Sequence record: MH533020.1
DNA: 64,000 bases
Strand: one strand, 5' to 3'
Origin: Acinetobacter phage ABPH49
In this document: positions 17,404 through 25,829 of the stretch, in pieces
How the letters are laid out: each line of letters begins with the position of its first letter
Numbering within the stretch: position 1 is the stretch's first letter
Translations under genes and position numbers: made by a program
The notes under the pieces: generated by a model
Told to the model about the DNA's origin: nothing
Seen by the model: the letters and a program-made list of their open reading frames with translations, nothing else
Database searches by the model: none

Positions 17404-17900
17404 TGATTGATTACCAAATTGGGGATTTGTTCCCACACGCTTACGCCTCGGTACTGGAAGGCCACCCAACGGTTGTTGCACACTGTTGCAACTGCTTCAA
17501 CACGATGAAGTCTGGGATTGCACCGCTGGTTGCGAAGAACTTCCCAGAGGCAGAGTCCGTTGATAAGCTGACCACCAAAGGTGATCGTGGCAAACTGGGA
17601 ACCACAACAGAGGCCTTCAGTCAGGGCATTCTGGTGTTCAACCTGTACGGCCAGTTTGGCTACTGGAAACGTCGTGAAGGTAAGATGGACCTCGAGTACC
17701 CAGCCCTTGACTCTGCCCTCGGTCAAATGGCCGCAAGCATTCACGCAAAGTGCCGGGTCAATGATATCCGTCCCAACGAGGTGAAGGTACTCTTGCCGAT
17801 GATCGGTGCCGGTCTGGCAGGTGGTGATTGGAACGTAATTTCCCAGCTGATCGAGAAAAATCTCGGTAAATTCAGCGTTACTGTTTTCAAATTGAAATAG
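17403..17900 (+). CDS. Macro-domain protein (ADP-ribose-binding / ADP-ribosyl hydrolase fold, 165 aa)
   Basis: VVAHCCNCFNTMKSGIA (N-terminal macro motif) and LLPMIGAGLAGGDW (G-rich diphosphate-binding loop). TAATG overlap. Confidence 0.75.
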   Translation: MIDYQIGDLFPHAYASVLEGHPTVVAHCCNCFNTMKSGIAPLVAKNFPEAESVDKLTTKGDRGKLGTTTEAFSQGILVFNLYGQFGYWKRREGKMDLEYPALDSALGQMAASIHAKCRVNDIRPNEVKVLLPMIGAGLAGGDWNVISQLIEKNLGKFSVTVFKLK

Positions 17901-17908
17901 GAGAGAAG

Positions 17909-19276
17909 ATGAGCGAGTACAAAGATCAGTACGAAGGTAAAGTGTTTGGTGGTGAGTTGGCCCTGATGGCCTGCTATGCTTGCAACCTGTACGGTAATCT
18001 GCGTAAAGACATGCGGGGCCGATTCAAAGACAACACTTCTGTGGAGACGTCTTCCGTGGAGAAGCTGGTTGTTGACAACGACACCATGATCGCGATCACC
18101 CGCAACACCGCGTATGCGTTGGTCGGCCCGTTGGTTGAGAGAGCGGTTAGTAAATCCTACGGCATGATGGCTCTATGGGACGCTGCTGTAGCAGAGCACA
18201 AAGTGGCTGTCGTTGCAGGGTTCAAAGGCCGCAAGTACCCAAGTACCGGCCAATTCCGCAATGCGATCCGCCATGCAAAACAAGTGCTGTCGTTCGAAGG
18301 CCTTGACGCCGAGGGTAATCCGATGTACGCTCCCGGCCCATACCCGAAAATTGCCTACGGCGGTACTGTTAAGATCCACGGCACCAACGGGAGTTTCTTC
18401 AAGCTTCACCCGGAAGCCGAGATCGTTTACCAGTCCAAAGAGCGCGTTCTGTCTCTGGAGAGCGACAACTATGGCTTCTATGCCAAGTACAAGCCGAAAG
18501 AGGACGTAATTAACGGCATCTTCGGTGAGGTCGTCGAATACCTGAAAGGATCCGGCCTTGATGATGGTGAGATTTATCCGATCCGCATCAGTGGTGAGTA
18601 CGCCGGTGAAGGTATCCAGCGCGGGGTTGCAGTTGGTGAAGTGCCACGCTTCTTTGCCATCTTCGGTATTGCCTTTGGCCCAGAGCAGAACTGGTTGCCG
18701 GAAGTTGATGGTTTCGGTCATGATCTTGAAGATCATCGCATCTTCAACATCGTCGACCTCGGCGGCGTAGACATTCTGTATCTGGACGTGGAAAACCCTC
18801 AGGCAATCCAGAATGAGCTGATTGAGCGGACGCTCGCGGTAGAGAAAGAGTGCCCGGTTGGTAAGTTCTTCGGCGTGACTGGTGTCGGAGAAGGTAAGGT
18901 ATGGAAGCCTCTGGCTGCGGAATACGCAGGGGACACTGGCCTGTGGTTCAAGGTGAAGGGTGAGAAGCACTCCACCACCAAGGTCAAGACACTGGCGGAG
19001 ATCGACCCGGTTAAGCTGGCTAACATCGCGGAGTTTGTTGAGTACGCACTGACCGATGCTCGTCTGGATCAGGGGTTGGCAGAACTCTTCCCAGATGGTA
19101 AGCTGGATATCCGTCGCACTGGTGACCTGCTGCGTTGGGTTAACCGCGACATCCACAAAGAAGAGTCTGACGTTCTGGAGAAGTCCGGCCTGACGATGAA
19201 GGATATCTCCAACGCCGTCGGTCTGAAGACCCGCACTTGGTTCTTCGAGCAGATTAACAATCAGGAGGTGGTGTAA
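17909..19276 (+). CDS. Rnl2-family RNA ligase with an N-terminal extension of about 150 aa (455 aa)
   Basis: Nucleotidyltransferase motifs KIHGTN (I), GEYAGEGIQ (III), EGKVWKP (IV) and FKVKGEKH (V) match T4 Rnl2 (KIHGTN / GEFAGPGIQ / EGYVLKP / KCK). Confidence 0.8.
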   Translation: MSEYKDQYEGKVFGGELALMACYACNLYGNLRKDMRGRFKDNTSVETSSVEKLVVDNDTMIAITRNTAYALVGPLVERAVSKSYGMMALWDAAVAEHKVAVVAGFKGRKYPSTGQFRNAIRHAKQVLSFEGLDAEGNPMYAPGPYPKIAYGGTVKIHGTNGSFFKLHPEAEIVYQSKERVLSLESDNYGFYAKYKPKEDVINGIFGEVVEYLKGSGLDDGEIYPIRISGEYAGEGIQRGVAVGEVPRFFAIFGIAFGPEQNWLPEVDGFGHDLEDHRIFNIVDLGGVDILYLDVENPQAIQNELIERTLAVEKECPVGKFFGVTGVGEGKVWKPLAAEYAGDTGLWFKVKGEKHSTTKVKTLAEIDPVKLANIAEFVEYALTDARLDQGLAELFPDGKLDIRRTGDLLRWVNRDIHKEESDVLEKSGLTMKDISNAVGLKTRTWFFEQINNQEVV

Positions 19277-19632
19277 TGGACATCATTCAAAGCCGTGATG
19301 GTAAGGTGGTGATCGCTGGAAACAGCCAGAGCTTGGTTATCTCCAACTCCAACGGGGTTGTGACAGTGAATGGTGTGGAGATCTCACAGGTTTCCAACTG
19401 CTCGCTGGTCATCAAAATCGATGGCAACGCCGGACCAGTAACCCTGAATGGCAGCGGCAATGTCGAAGTTTGGGGCAGTGTTGACGGCAACGTGCAGTCA
19501 ATGTCTGGTGACATCGATATTCGCGGTTCGGTAGGTAGCGGTGTAACAAGTGCATCCGGCAATATCGAGGTCGGTGAAGAAGTCTGGGGCAACGTAACAA
19601 CAATGTCCGGGGATATCCTCACCAAGCGATAA
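19276..19632 (+). CDS. Bactofilin-like beta-helical repeat protein (118 aa)
   Basis: Repeated G-x-V-x-G-x-(I/V) hexapeptide-like pattern (VNGVEISQ/VTLNGSGNVEVWGSVDGNVQSMSGDIDIRGSVGSGV...) resembling the bactofilin DUF583 domain. AGGAGG RBS. Confidence 0.5.
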   Translation: MDIIQSRDGKVVIAGNSQSLVISNSNGVVTVNGVEISQVSNCSLVIKIDGNAGPVTLNGSGNVEVWGSVDGNVQSMSGDIDIRGSVGSGVTSASGNIEVGEEVWGNVTTMSGDILTKR

Positions 19633-19639
19633 GAACCTT

Positions 19640-19667
19640 TTGCCGCCCTTAGGTGGGCGGCTTTTCC
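19640..19667 (+). terminator. Intrinsic terminator GCCGCCC-ttaggt-GGGCGGC + TTTTCC
   Basis: Seen directly after the 19276-19632 gene. Confidence 0.6.
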
Positions 19668-19680
19668 CATTGGAGGTAAA

Positions 19681-20118
19681 ATGCGATTATGTGCCACTCT
19701 GTTGGCCTTTACACTGTCTTTGGCACCAGCTTTATCGTATGCCCAAGAGAGTGCAAAGAAACCCCATCAGCGCGTCATACACACGTGCAGCACTAAAGAC
19801 AACTCGACGTATGCCCTTGCCTGCAACATCTACAAGGAGGCCGAAGGAGAGGGTCTGGAGGGGCAAATGGCGATCGGTTTTGTGACGATCAACCGGGCGC
19901 AGCATGATAAGTTCCCGACGTCGGTCCGAAAAGTAGTTTACCAGCACAAACAATTCAGCTGGACAATCTACAAAAACGGGTATAAGATTCGTAATCAAGA
20001 GGTGTGGGAACAGAGCATTAAAATCTCTAAGTTCCTGATAAAGATAAGGAATATGCCGGTGCTGTATAATTACCTTGACAACACACATGGTTCCCTGTAC
20101 TTTCACACCACGCAATAA
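19681..20118 (+). CDS. Secreted SleB-like cell-wall hydrolase (signal peptide + Hydrolase_2 domain); endolysin candidate
   Basis: N-terminal signal peptide MRLCATLLAFTLSLAPALSYA. LACNIYKEAEGEGLEGQMAIGFVTINRAQ matches the SleB/CwlJ catalytic region. GGAGG RBS. Confidence 0.7.
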   Translation: MRLCATLLAFTLSLAPALSYAQESAKKPHQRVIHTCSTKDNSTYALACNIYKEAEGEGLEGQMAIGFVTINRAQHDKFPTSVRKVVYQHKQFSWTIYKNGYKIRNQEVWEQSIKISKFLIKIRNMPVLYNYLDNTHGSLYFHTTQ

Positions 20119-20194
20119 AGCCTTACTGGTCAAAGTCTTTTAAGAAGACAGTGGTGATCGGTAACCACCAGTTTTATAAACTAAAGGAGCCATC

Positions 20195-20437
20195 ATGAAA
20201 GGTCGTCTGTTCAAGTCCCTCAAGTCACTGCAAATCGTTGCAATCTTCCTTGCACCAATGGCGATTTGGATCTTCGTGGGACAGTTCGTCGCAGGGATGT
20301 TTTTCTCCGGCGTGTACGCTGAACACCCAAGCATCGTGCCGTTTATGTTCATGGCTGGGTTTGCAGTTGGACGCATCGCAGAGTTGGTAATGTGCGGCAT
20401 GGTGGAAGTATTCAAAAGAAAAGAGGGGATCGAGTGA
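20195..20437 (+). CDS. Small membrane protein (80 aa, 2 TM)
   Basis: AAGGAG RBS; hydrophobic helices. Confidence 0.55.
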   Translation: MKGRLFKSLKSLQIVAIFLAPMAIWIFVGQFVAGMFFSGVYAEHPSIVPFMFMAGFAVGRIAELVMCGMVEVFKRKEGIE

Positions 20438-21765
20438 GCTACGAAATCGGCAGTGAGTCCGCCATCAAGAGCATCATGAGCGGAAAAAATACATTCATTA
20501 CAGGCCCGGGTGGCTCTGGTAAGTCACAGATCATCCACACGGTACAGGACATGTTGGGAGAATCTTCCCTGTCTCTGGCACCAACGGGTATCGCGGCATT
20601 GAACATCAACGGCATGACAGCACACCGTGCGATGGGACTGTCGATGGGTGTGACAATGGACGAAGACATTACAAAGGTCCGTTCCAACAAACAGGCCAAG
20701 CTGTTGTCTTCTCCGGCAATCAAGCGTATCATTCTGGACGAGGTCAGTATGATCCGTGCAGACAAGCTGTACGAAATGGACCACAAGTTCCGCCACTTCC
20801 GCAAAAACAGTAAGCCGTTTGGTGGTTTGCAGGTTGTAGCGTTTGGCGACGGATTCCAGATCAGCCCGGTCCTGACGCAGCGTGAAGCGATGGATTTCAG
20901 AAACCTGTATGGTTCAGAGATCCCGTTCGACTCGCAGACGTGGTCAGAAGCAGGGTTCCATAACATCCTGCTGGACAAGGTTTGGCGTCAGGAGGACAAG
21001 GAGTTTAGTGGTGCCCTGAACAATCTTCGTGTTGGCCGGGACATTGATGCGGCGATCGCCTTCATCAACAACCGCTGCGCTAACAAGGGGATTCATTCGG
21101 ACGCGGTAACCCTGACTTCGACCAACAAATTGGCCGACGAGATCAACTTGCGGGAGTTTAATGCTCTCCCGGGCAAGAAGTCTACCCACAGGGCGAGTAT
21201 CTTGGGCGACTTCAAGGATCGACCAGTTGCTGAGGTTCTGGAATTGAAGGAGGGTTTGAAGGTGATGATCACCGCCAATGACCAAGCCGTTCCTTCCCGG
21301 TACGTCAATGGTACGGTCGGAATCGTCCGGCGCATGGCCTCGAGCTACATTCTTGTTGATATCGACGGGGATCTGGTTGAAATCATGCCGAAAGAGTGGA
21401 AGAATATCGGTTATGAGATCCAACGTCATCAGGAAGAGGTGTTTGACAAGGAAGGTAATCCGAAGTTCGTGATGGTGGATAAGAAGGTTGAGGTAAATCT
21501 CGGCCAGTACACTCAGTTCCCTTTGAAGTTGGGTTACGCCATCACCACCCACAAGTCCCAAGGCCTGACTCTGGGTCGTGTGAACATTGACCTCGGTCAC
21601 GCTGGTGCATTCACCGCCGGTCAGGCTTACGTGGCGCTGTCACGTGCTCGCTCCACCGAAGGCCTGCGGATGGTTAAACCTCTGCGAAGAAAAGATATCA
21701 TCGTAGATAAGCGTGTGGTAGACTTCTACCTGAAGACATTCCCAACGCTGAGAGGAGAAGGTTGA
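20434..21765 (+). CDS. SF1B DNA helicase (Dda/RecD/Pif1-like)
   Basis: Walker A GPGGSGKS, Walker B ILDEVSM, GDGFQISPV, TTHKSQG and VALSRAR motifs. A GTG start at 20434 (GAGGGG RBS, GTGA overlap) places Walker A at about residue 27. The track ATG at 20392 lacks an RBS. Confidence 0.85.
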   Translation: MSYEIGSESAIKSIMSGKNTFITGPGGSGKSQIIHTVQDMLGESSLSLAPTGIAALNINGMTAHRAMGLSMGVTMDEDITKVRSNKQAKLLSSPAIKRIILDEVSMIRADKLYEMDHKFRHFRKNSKPFGGLQVVAFGDGFQISPVLTQREAMDFRNLYGSEIPFDSQTWSEAGFHNILLDKVWRQEDKEFSGALNNLRVGRDIDAAIAFINNRCANKGIHSDAVTLTSTNKLADEINLREFNALPGKKSTHRASILGDFKDRPVAEVLELKEGLKVMITANDQAVPSRYVNGTVGIVRRMASSYILVDIDGDLVEIMPKEWKNIGYEIQRHQEEVFDKEGNPKFVMVDKKVEVNLGQYTQFPLKLGYAITTHKSQGLTLGRVNIDLGHAGAFTAGQAYVALSRARSTEGLRMVKPLRRKDIIVDKRVVDFYLKTFPTLRGEG

Positions 21766-21956
21766 TGGAAGACGAATACGTTAACCACACTATCGTGTTG
21801 CCGGGTCCGTGCCCGGTAATCATTGCAGTTTCCAAAACTATCGCCGTAGATGCTGCAAAAAGCATGTATGGTGAGAAATGGGAAAGTAAAGGGGTAACTG
21901 TGCGTAAGACCACGGTGAATGATTTCCGACTGCTGAATCCAAGGGGTACAAAATGA
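21765..21956 (+). CDS. Hypothetical protein (63 aa)
   Basis: GAGGAGAAGG RBS; TGATG overlap. Confidence 0.5.
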   Translation: MEDEYVNHTIVLPGPCPVIIAVSKTIAVDAAKSMYGEKWESKGVTVRKTTVNDFRLLNPRGTK

Positions 21957-22159
21957 GCATACCGTTTTATGATGACGGGGTGTCAGCTTTCTACTTCCCC
22001 CCGGAAGATAAAGATCAGGGTGGTAACATCCAGATTATCGATGAAGAGGGTGGGGAGATTTGGCTGACAACTGATCAGGCAGCTGCACTGCGTGAGGTCC
22101 TTAACAAGGCACTCAAGATCGCAGACGAGAAAGAGGGGACCTTCGATGTCAACAATTAA
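21953..22159 (+). CDS. Hypothetical acidic protein (68 aa)
   Basis: AAGGGG RBS. Confidence 0.55.
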   Translation: MSIPFYDDGVSAFYFPPEDKDQGGNIQIIDEEGGEIWLTTDQAAALREVLNKALKIADEKEGTFDVNN

Positions 22160-22379
22160 AGATTGCTTCGGCAACGAGGTGCGTCTGGGAGACACGATTT
22201 ACTTCTCCCGGGGTAATGCTGGTGCCAAGCCGTGGGAAAAGTCGGTGGTTACCAAGATCACTGCAAAAACCATCACCTTCCACGGTAAGACGGGAAGTAT
22301 GTACCGGTCAGAGTCAGAGGAGCTTCGGCGGGGTGAAGGTTGTTTCGTAATTGACATGGGAGCACGTGCAGATGGCTAA
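22149..22379 (+). CDS. Hypothetical protein (76 aa)
   Basis: AGAGGGGA RBS 6 nt before the ATG at 22149. Confidence 0.5.
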   Translation, partial: STIKDCFGNEVRLGDTIYFSRGNAGAKPWEKSVVTKITAKTITFHGKTGSMYRSESEELRRGEGCFVIDMGARADG

Positions 22380-22557
22380 GAAATTCAAGGGTGGCGATGT
22401 TGTAATCCTGAACAGCGGTGGTCCCCACATGACCATCAGTCGCTACGAAGACGATGAAATTTGCAGCGCTACATGGTGGAACGGCTCAGAGTTCACTGCC
22501 GCCCGGTTCCATCAGGAATCTCTGACCAAGGTGGAGAAGAAGGAGGCCAAGCAATGA
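22372..22557 (+). CDS. Small DUF2158/YodC-like protein (61 aa)
   Basis: GGDVVILNSGGPHMTIS motif; paralog of the 33181-33525 gene. Confidence 0.5.
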   Translation: MAKKFKGGDVVILNSGGPHMTISRYEDDEICSATWWNGSEFTAARFHQESLTKVEKKEAKQ

Positions 22558-22742
22558 TGGTTAAGGACCTGTCAAAGGATCTGACTGCACTGAGCAATGA
22601 TAAATTGCTGAAGATGCGAGACGTCGCCAACGATAACTACTTGGAAGCCAAGATCGAGATGGCGAAGGCAGAACAGTACCTGTACCAGATTTTCGGTGAA
22701 ATTGATCGTCGCCGGATGTTGGAAGGGCAGAGGCAAGCATAA
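22554..22742 (+). CDS. Hypothetical coiled-coil protein (62 aa)
   Basis: GGAGG RBS; ATGA overlap. Confidence 0.5.
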   Translation: MMVKDLSKDLTALSNDKLLKMRDVANDNYLEAKIEMAKAEQYLYQIFGEIDRRRMLEGQRQA

Positions 22743-22936
22743 TGGCACCGGCAGACTTCACATACCAGATTAACGAACGGCTGAAGTTCGATCAGGGCGA
22801 CAAGTCTTATCATTTCCGTGGAGAAGGCAAGGTCCTTCTCCAACAGAACTACCCGCAGTGCAACTGCTATCTGGTGGAAATGGACGACGGTCGCAAGGTG
22901 CAGGTCGTCGAGGAGCACATCCTCGGCAAGATTTGA
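22742..22936 (+). CDS. Hypothetical protein (64 aa)
   Basis: TAATG overlap. Confidence 0.5.
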   Translation: MAPADFTYQINERLKFDQGDKSYHFRGEGKVLLQQNYPQCNCYLVEMDDGRKVQVVEEHILGKI

Positions 22937-22945
22937 GGAGTTCCA

Positions 22946-23182
22946 ATGGAAAGCAAAGAGTTAGGGCTGTACTGTATTGAGGTCCGGGGTGCAGCCCCGG
23001 AGAGTGGTAAATTAGAGACTGCCCGCCAAGTTTACGTGGTGGCAGACTCTCCAGAGCACGCAAAATTGCAAGTTAGCGGCTTGTCTGGTGTGGTTTGCAC
23101 CTTCGATAACGACAAGCATGAAAGTAAACTGGTTGGTTTTGGCAGCACGACTGATCCGAAGAAGTCAAAAATTTATCACTAA
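22946..23182 (+). CDS. Hypothetical protein (78 aa)
   Basis: GAGGAG RBS. Confidence 0.55.
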   Translation: MESKELGLYCIEVRGAAPESGKLETARQVYVVADSPEHAKLQVSGLSGVVCTFDNDKHESKLVGFGSTTDPKKSKIYH

Positions 23183-23194
23183 GGAGTAGCACAA

Positions 23195-23464
23195 ATGACT
23201 CAAAGTATCGAGATTGCAACATTCGTAGAAGGTATTGGCGCAGTGGTTCTGGACGTTCAATACAACTACCTCCCCGCCGTGATCGGTGCCAATTCCGACT
23301 GGGATTCCCGCAACCACATCGAAATTGTCGAAGCATCTTTGTGGCAAAAAGGTGAAAAGCTGGACGTTGACATTGATCTGAATCAGGTGTACCCTGTAGT
23401 TTCGGCTCGACTTCAGGAAGTTGAGATGGAACAGGCATTCGAAGAAGAGGAAGGGGGCTTTTGA
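23195..23464 (+). CDS. Hypothetical acidic protein (89 aa)
   Basis: AAGGAG RBS. Confidence 0.55.
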   Translation: MTQSIEIATFVEGIGAVVLDVQYNYLPAVIGANSDWDSRNHIEIVEASLWQKGEKLDVDIDLNQVYPVVSARLQEVEMEQAFEEEEGGF

Positions 23465-23634
23465 TGGATGATGTTTACATCATCACTCATGCAGACTCCA
23501 CCGTTCTTTCCAAGGAAATCGTGCGGGTAAGTGACCTGTTTGGTTACCGATTCGTAGGTCCAGTCAGTACAGCAACCTGTATGAAGACTGGCAAGATCAT
23601 GTACACGGCAACACTGGTGCGAGGGAAAGAATGA
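23464..23634 (+). CDS. Small protein (56 aa, MDDVYIITHADSTVLSKEIVRV...)
   Basis: Not in the ORF track. TGATG overlap upstream and ATGA overlap with the primase-helicase start. Confidence 0.4.
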   Translation: MDDVYIITHADSTVLSKEIVRVSDLFGYRFVGPVSTATCMKTGKIMYTATLVRGKE

Positions 23635-25829
23635 GCGGTGGAATCTTTGGTGATGGCCTGCTAGGCGGGTACAAGTTGGGGTACAAAAACCCTAAAGCAT
23701 CGGCGACACGAAGCTCAGGGGGCGGTAGAATGGAAAAGTATCAGGAAACGTTGGAGGATATCCTGACATATCCTTCGAAGGCAATCCCAGAACGAGGAAT
23801 CTCCGAGGAGACAGCACGTCACTTCGGTATCCGGGTAAAGCTTTCAGCTAAGGATGGCCTGACGCACGAAGCACACTATTTCCCTTACTACATCGAGGGC
23901 AAGGTGTGTGGCTACAAAAAGCGTGATCTGACGATCCCTAAACTCCAGAACGGTCACTTCTCGACCATCGGGTATCAGGGCGTACAGTGCGAGCTGTTTG
24001 GTATGCACGCTGCCAACAAAACATCCAAACGGATGATCGTTATCACCGAAGGTGAGTATGACGCGGCGATTGCATGGCAGACGATCCGCGAGAACTACAA
24101 GAAAGACGGTAAGCCGGTAAAAATCAACCCGACGGTGGTTTCAATCACCAACGGTACCAGCAACGCAGTGCAGTGTTTGTCCCAAAAGGTCAACTACAAG
24201 CTGGTGAATAAGTTCGAGCAGGTGATCGTTGCATTCGATGGTGACAAAGCCACCGAGGCAGAGAAAGCCAAGGGCATCATGAAGGGTAAAGACGCCACGG
24301 CGGCGGTGTACTCGGTAATCCCGCAGATGAAAGTCTCGGACATCCCTGAGGACATGGACCCTTGTGACATGTACAACAAAGGCATGGCCGTCCAGCTGTT
24401 CTGGTCGTTCTTCAAGCCAAAAGAGTACGTCCCTGAGGGCTTCAGCCTGTACGAGCAGTTCCGCGACAAAGCGCATGAACTTCCAACGCTGGGCCGTCCG
24501 TGGCCTTGGCCGACGATGACCAAGAAGACTCTGGGCCGAAGACTCGGCGAGGGCTACTTCATTGGTGCAGGCGTCAAGATGGGTAAGTCGGAGTGGCTTA
24601 ACCAGTTGGTAGAGCACATCATTGTCACGGAGAGGACAAAGGTTGCGGTGTTCAAGTTCGAGGAAGAGAACAAGATCACCTGTCAGAAGGTTGCCGGGAA
24701 GCGGTACCACAAGGACTTTACAAACGCTGAGAAGGTGTTGTACCCTCAAGAAGATGGGTCTTACAAGGACATCTGGGGTAATGAGGTCCACCCGGGGATG
24801 CGTGGATACTTCACGCAGGAAGAGCTGGTTGAAGCAACGGATAGTGTTGGAGACAACATCATCTATTACAACAACTACGGTCGAGCAGTTTGGGACGAAG
24901 TTAAGGGCGCGATCCGACACGCCGTGTTGGTAGAGGGCTGTCTTGACATCTTCATCGACCCAATCACTCGTCTGGTGCAGGGTATGAGCGCCAGTGACGC
25001 GAACATCGAGCTTGAACGCTTCTCTGATGAAATCAGTAAGATGGCGAAAGAGTTGGGCTTCACGTACTACTGCTTCTGCCACCTGAACAAGCCAGAGAAC
25101 GGCAAGCCGCACGAATTCGGCGGTCAGGTTCAGTCTGCACAGTTCGCCGGTTCTCGTTCGATGATGCGTAACACGTACTACATGATTGGTATTGAGCGAT
25201 CGAAAGATCCTGAGTTGTCACTGAAGCAACGCAACACCTCTCATTTCGTTATCCTTGATGACCGTAAGCATGGTCGTTCTGGTAAATTCCCGGTCTTCTA
25301 CGACATTGATACCGGTGATTACCTCGAACCACCTGAAGGTTTCTTGGATTCTCAGTACGAGACGCTGAGGGAGTGGTATCTGGCCTATCCAGACTCCGAT
25401 CCTACCAAGCTGGCACCGCGTGATGCATCCGTGCCTCTGTCGCCGGAGCAAGAGGTGGTGACCGAGTCGGACCTGACGCAGGACGACATTCCGGCCATGC
25501 GTGATCAGGACAAAGAGCCTGTTTACCCGGAAGAGGAAGAGGACGAGCCAGAGTTCAATCAGGATGATGAACCAGTAGCTGAGGAAAAGACTGACACTCC
25601 GACGGAGGAACCAAAAACTCCAGAGGTTGTGAGTGAAGAACCAAAACCGGAACCACAGCAGGAAGCCCCTGTAGAGCCTGTGGCTGAACCGGTAGTCGAA
25701 CCAGTGCAACCGGAAGGTCGTGAAGAGATCTCTTCTCCTGCCGCCCCTGCGGAGCCGCCTGAACCACCTGTGGCGAGTTTCGGAGAGTGGCAAGAGGATG
25801 ACGACGACGATGACTCCTGCCCGTTCTAA
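23631..25829 (+). CDS. Bifunctional primase-helicase (TOPRIM primase + DnaB/gp4-like helicase) with an acidic Pro/Glu-rich C-terminal tail ending ...DDDDDDSCPF
   Basis: TOPRIM motifs MIVITEGEYDA and VAFDGDKATE. Walker A FIGAGVKMGKSEW and Walker B LVEGCLDIFIDP. C-terminal about 120 aa is a low-complexity acidic tail. GAGGG RBS. Confidence 0.9.
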   Translation: MSGGIFGDGLLGGYKLGYKNPKASATRSSGGGRMEKYQETLEDILTYPSKAIPERGISEETARHFGIRVKLSAKDGLTHEAHYFPYYIEGKVCGYKKRDLTIPKLQNGHFSTIGYQGVQCELFGMHAANKTSKRMIVITEGEYDAAIAWQTIRENYKKDGKPVKINPTVVSITNGTSNAVQCLSQKVNYKLVNKFEQVIVAFDGDKATEAEKAKGIMKGKDATAAVYSVIPQMKVSDIPEDMDPCDMYNKGMAVQLFWSFFKPKEYVPEGFSLYEQFRDKAHELPTLGRPWPWPTMTKKTLGRRLGEGYFIGAGVKMGKSEWLNQLVEHIIVTERTKVAVFKFEEENKITCQKVAGKRYHKDFTNAEKVLYPQEDGSYKDIWGNEVHPGMRGYFTQEELVEATDSVGDNIIYYNNYGRAVWDEVKGAIRHAVLVEGCLDIFIDPITRLVQGMSASDANIELERFSDEISKMAKELGFTYYCFCHLNKPENGKPHEFGGQVQSAQFAGSRSMMRNTYYMIGIERSKDPELSLKQRNTSHFVILDDRKHGRSGKFPVFYDIDTGDYLEPPEGFLDSQYETLREWYLAYPDSDPTKLAPRDASVPLSPEQEVVTESDLTQDDIPAMRDQDKEPVYPEEEEDEPEFNQDDEPVAEEKTDTPTEEPKTPEVVSEEPKPEPQQEAPVEPVAEPVVEPVQPEGREEISSPAAPAEPPEPPVASFGEWQEDDDDDDSCPF

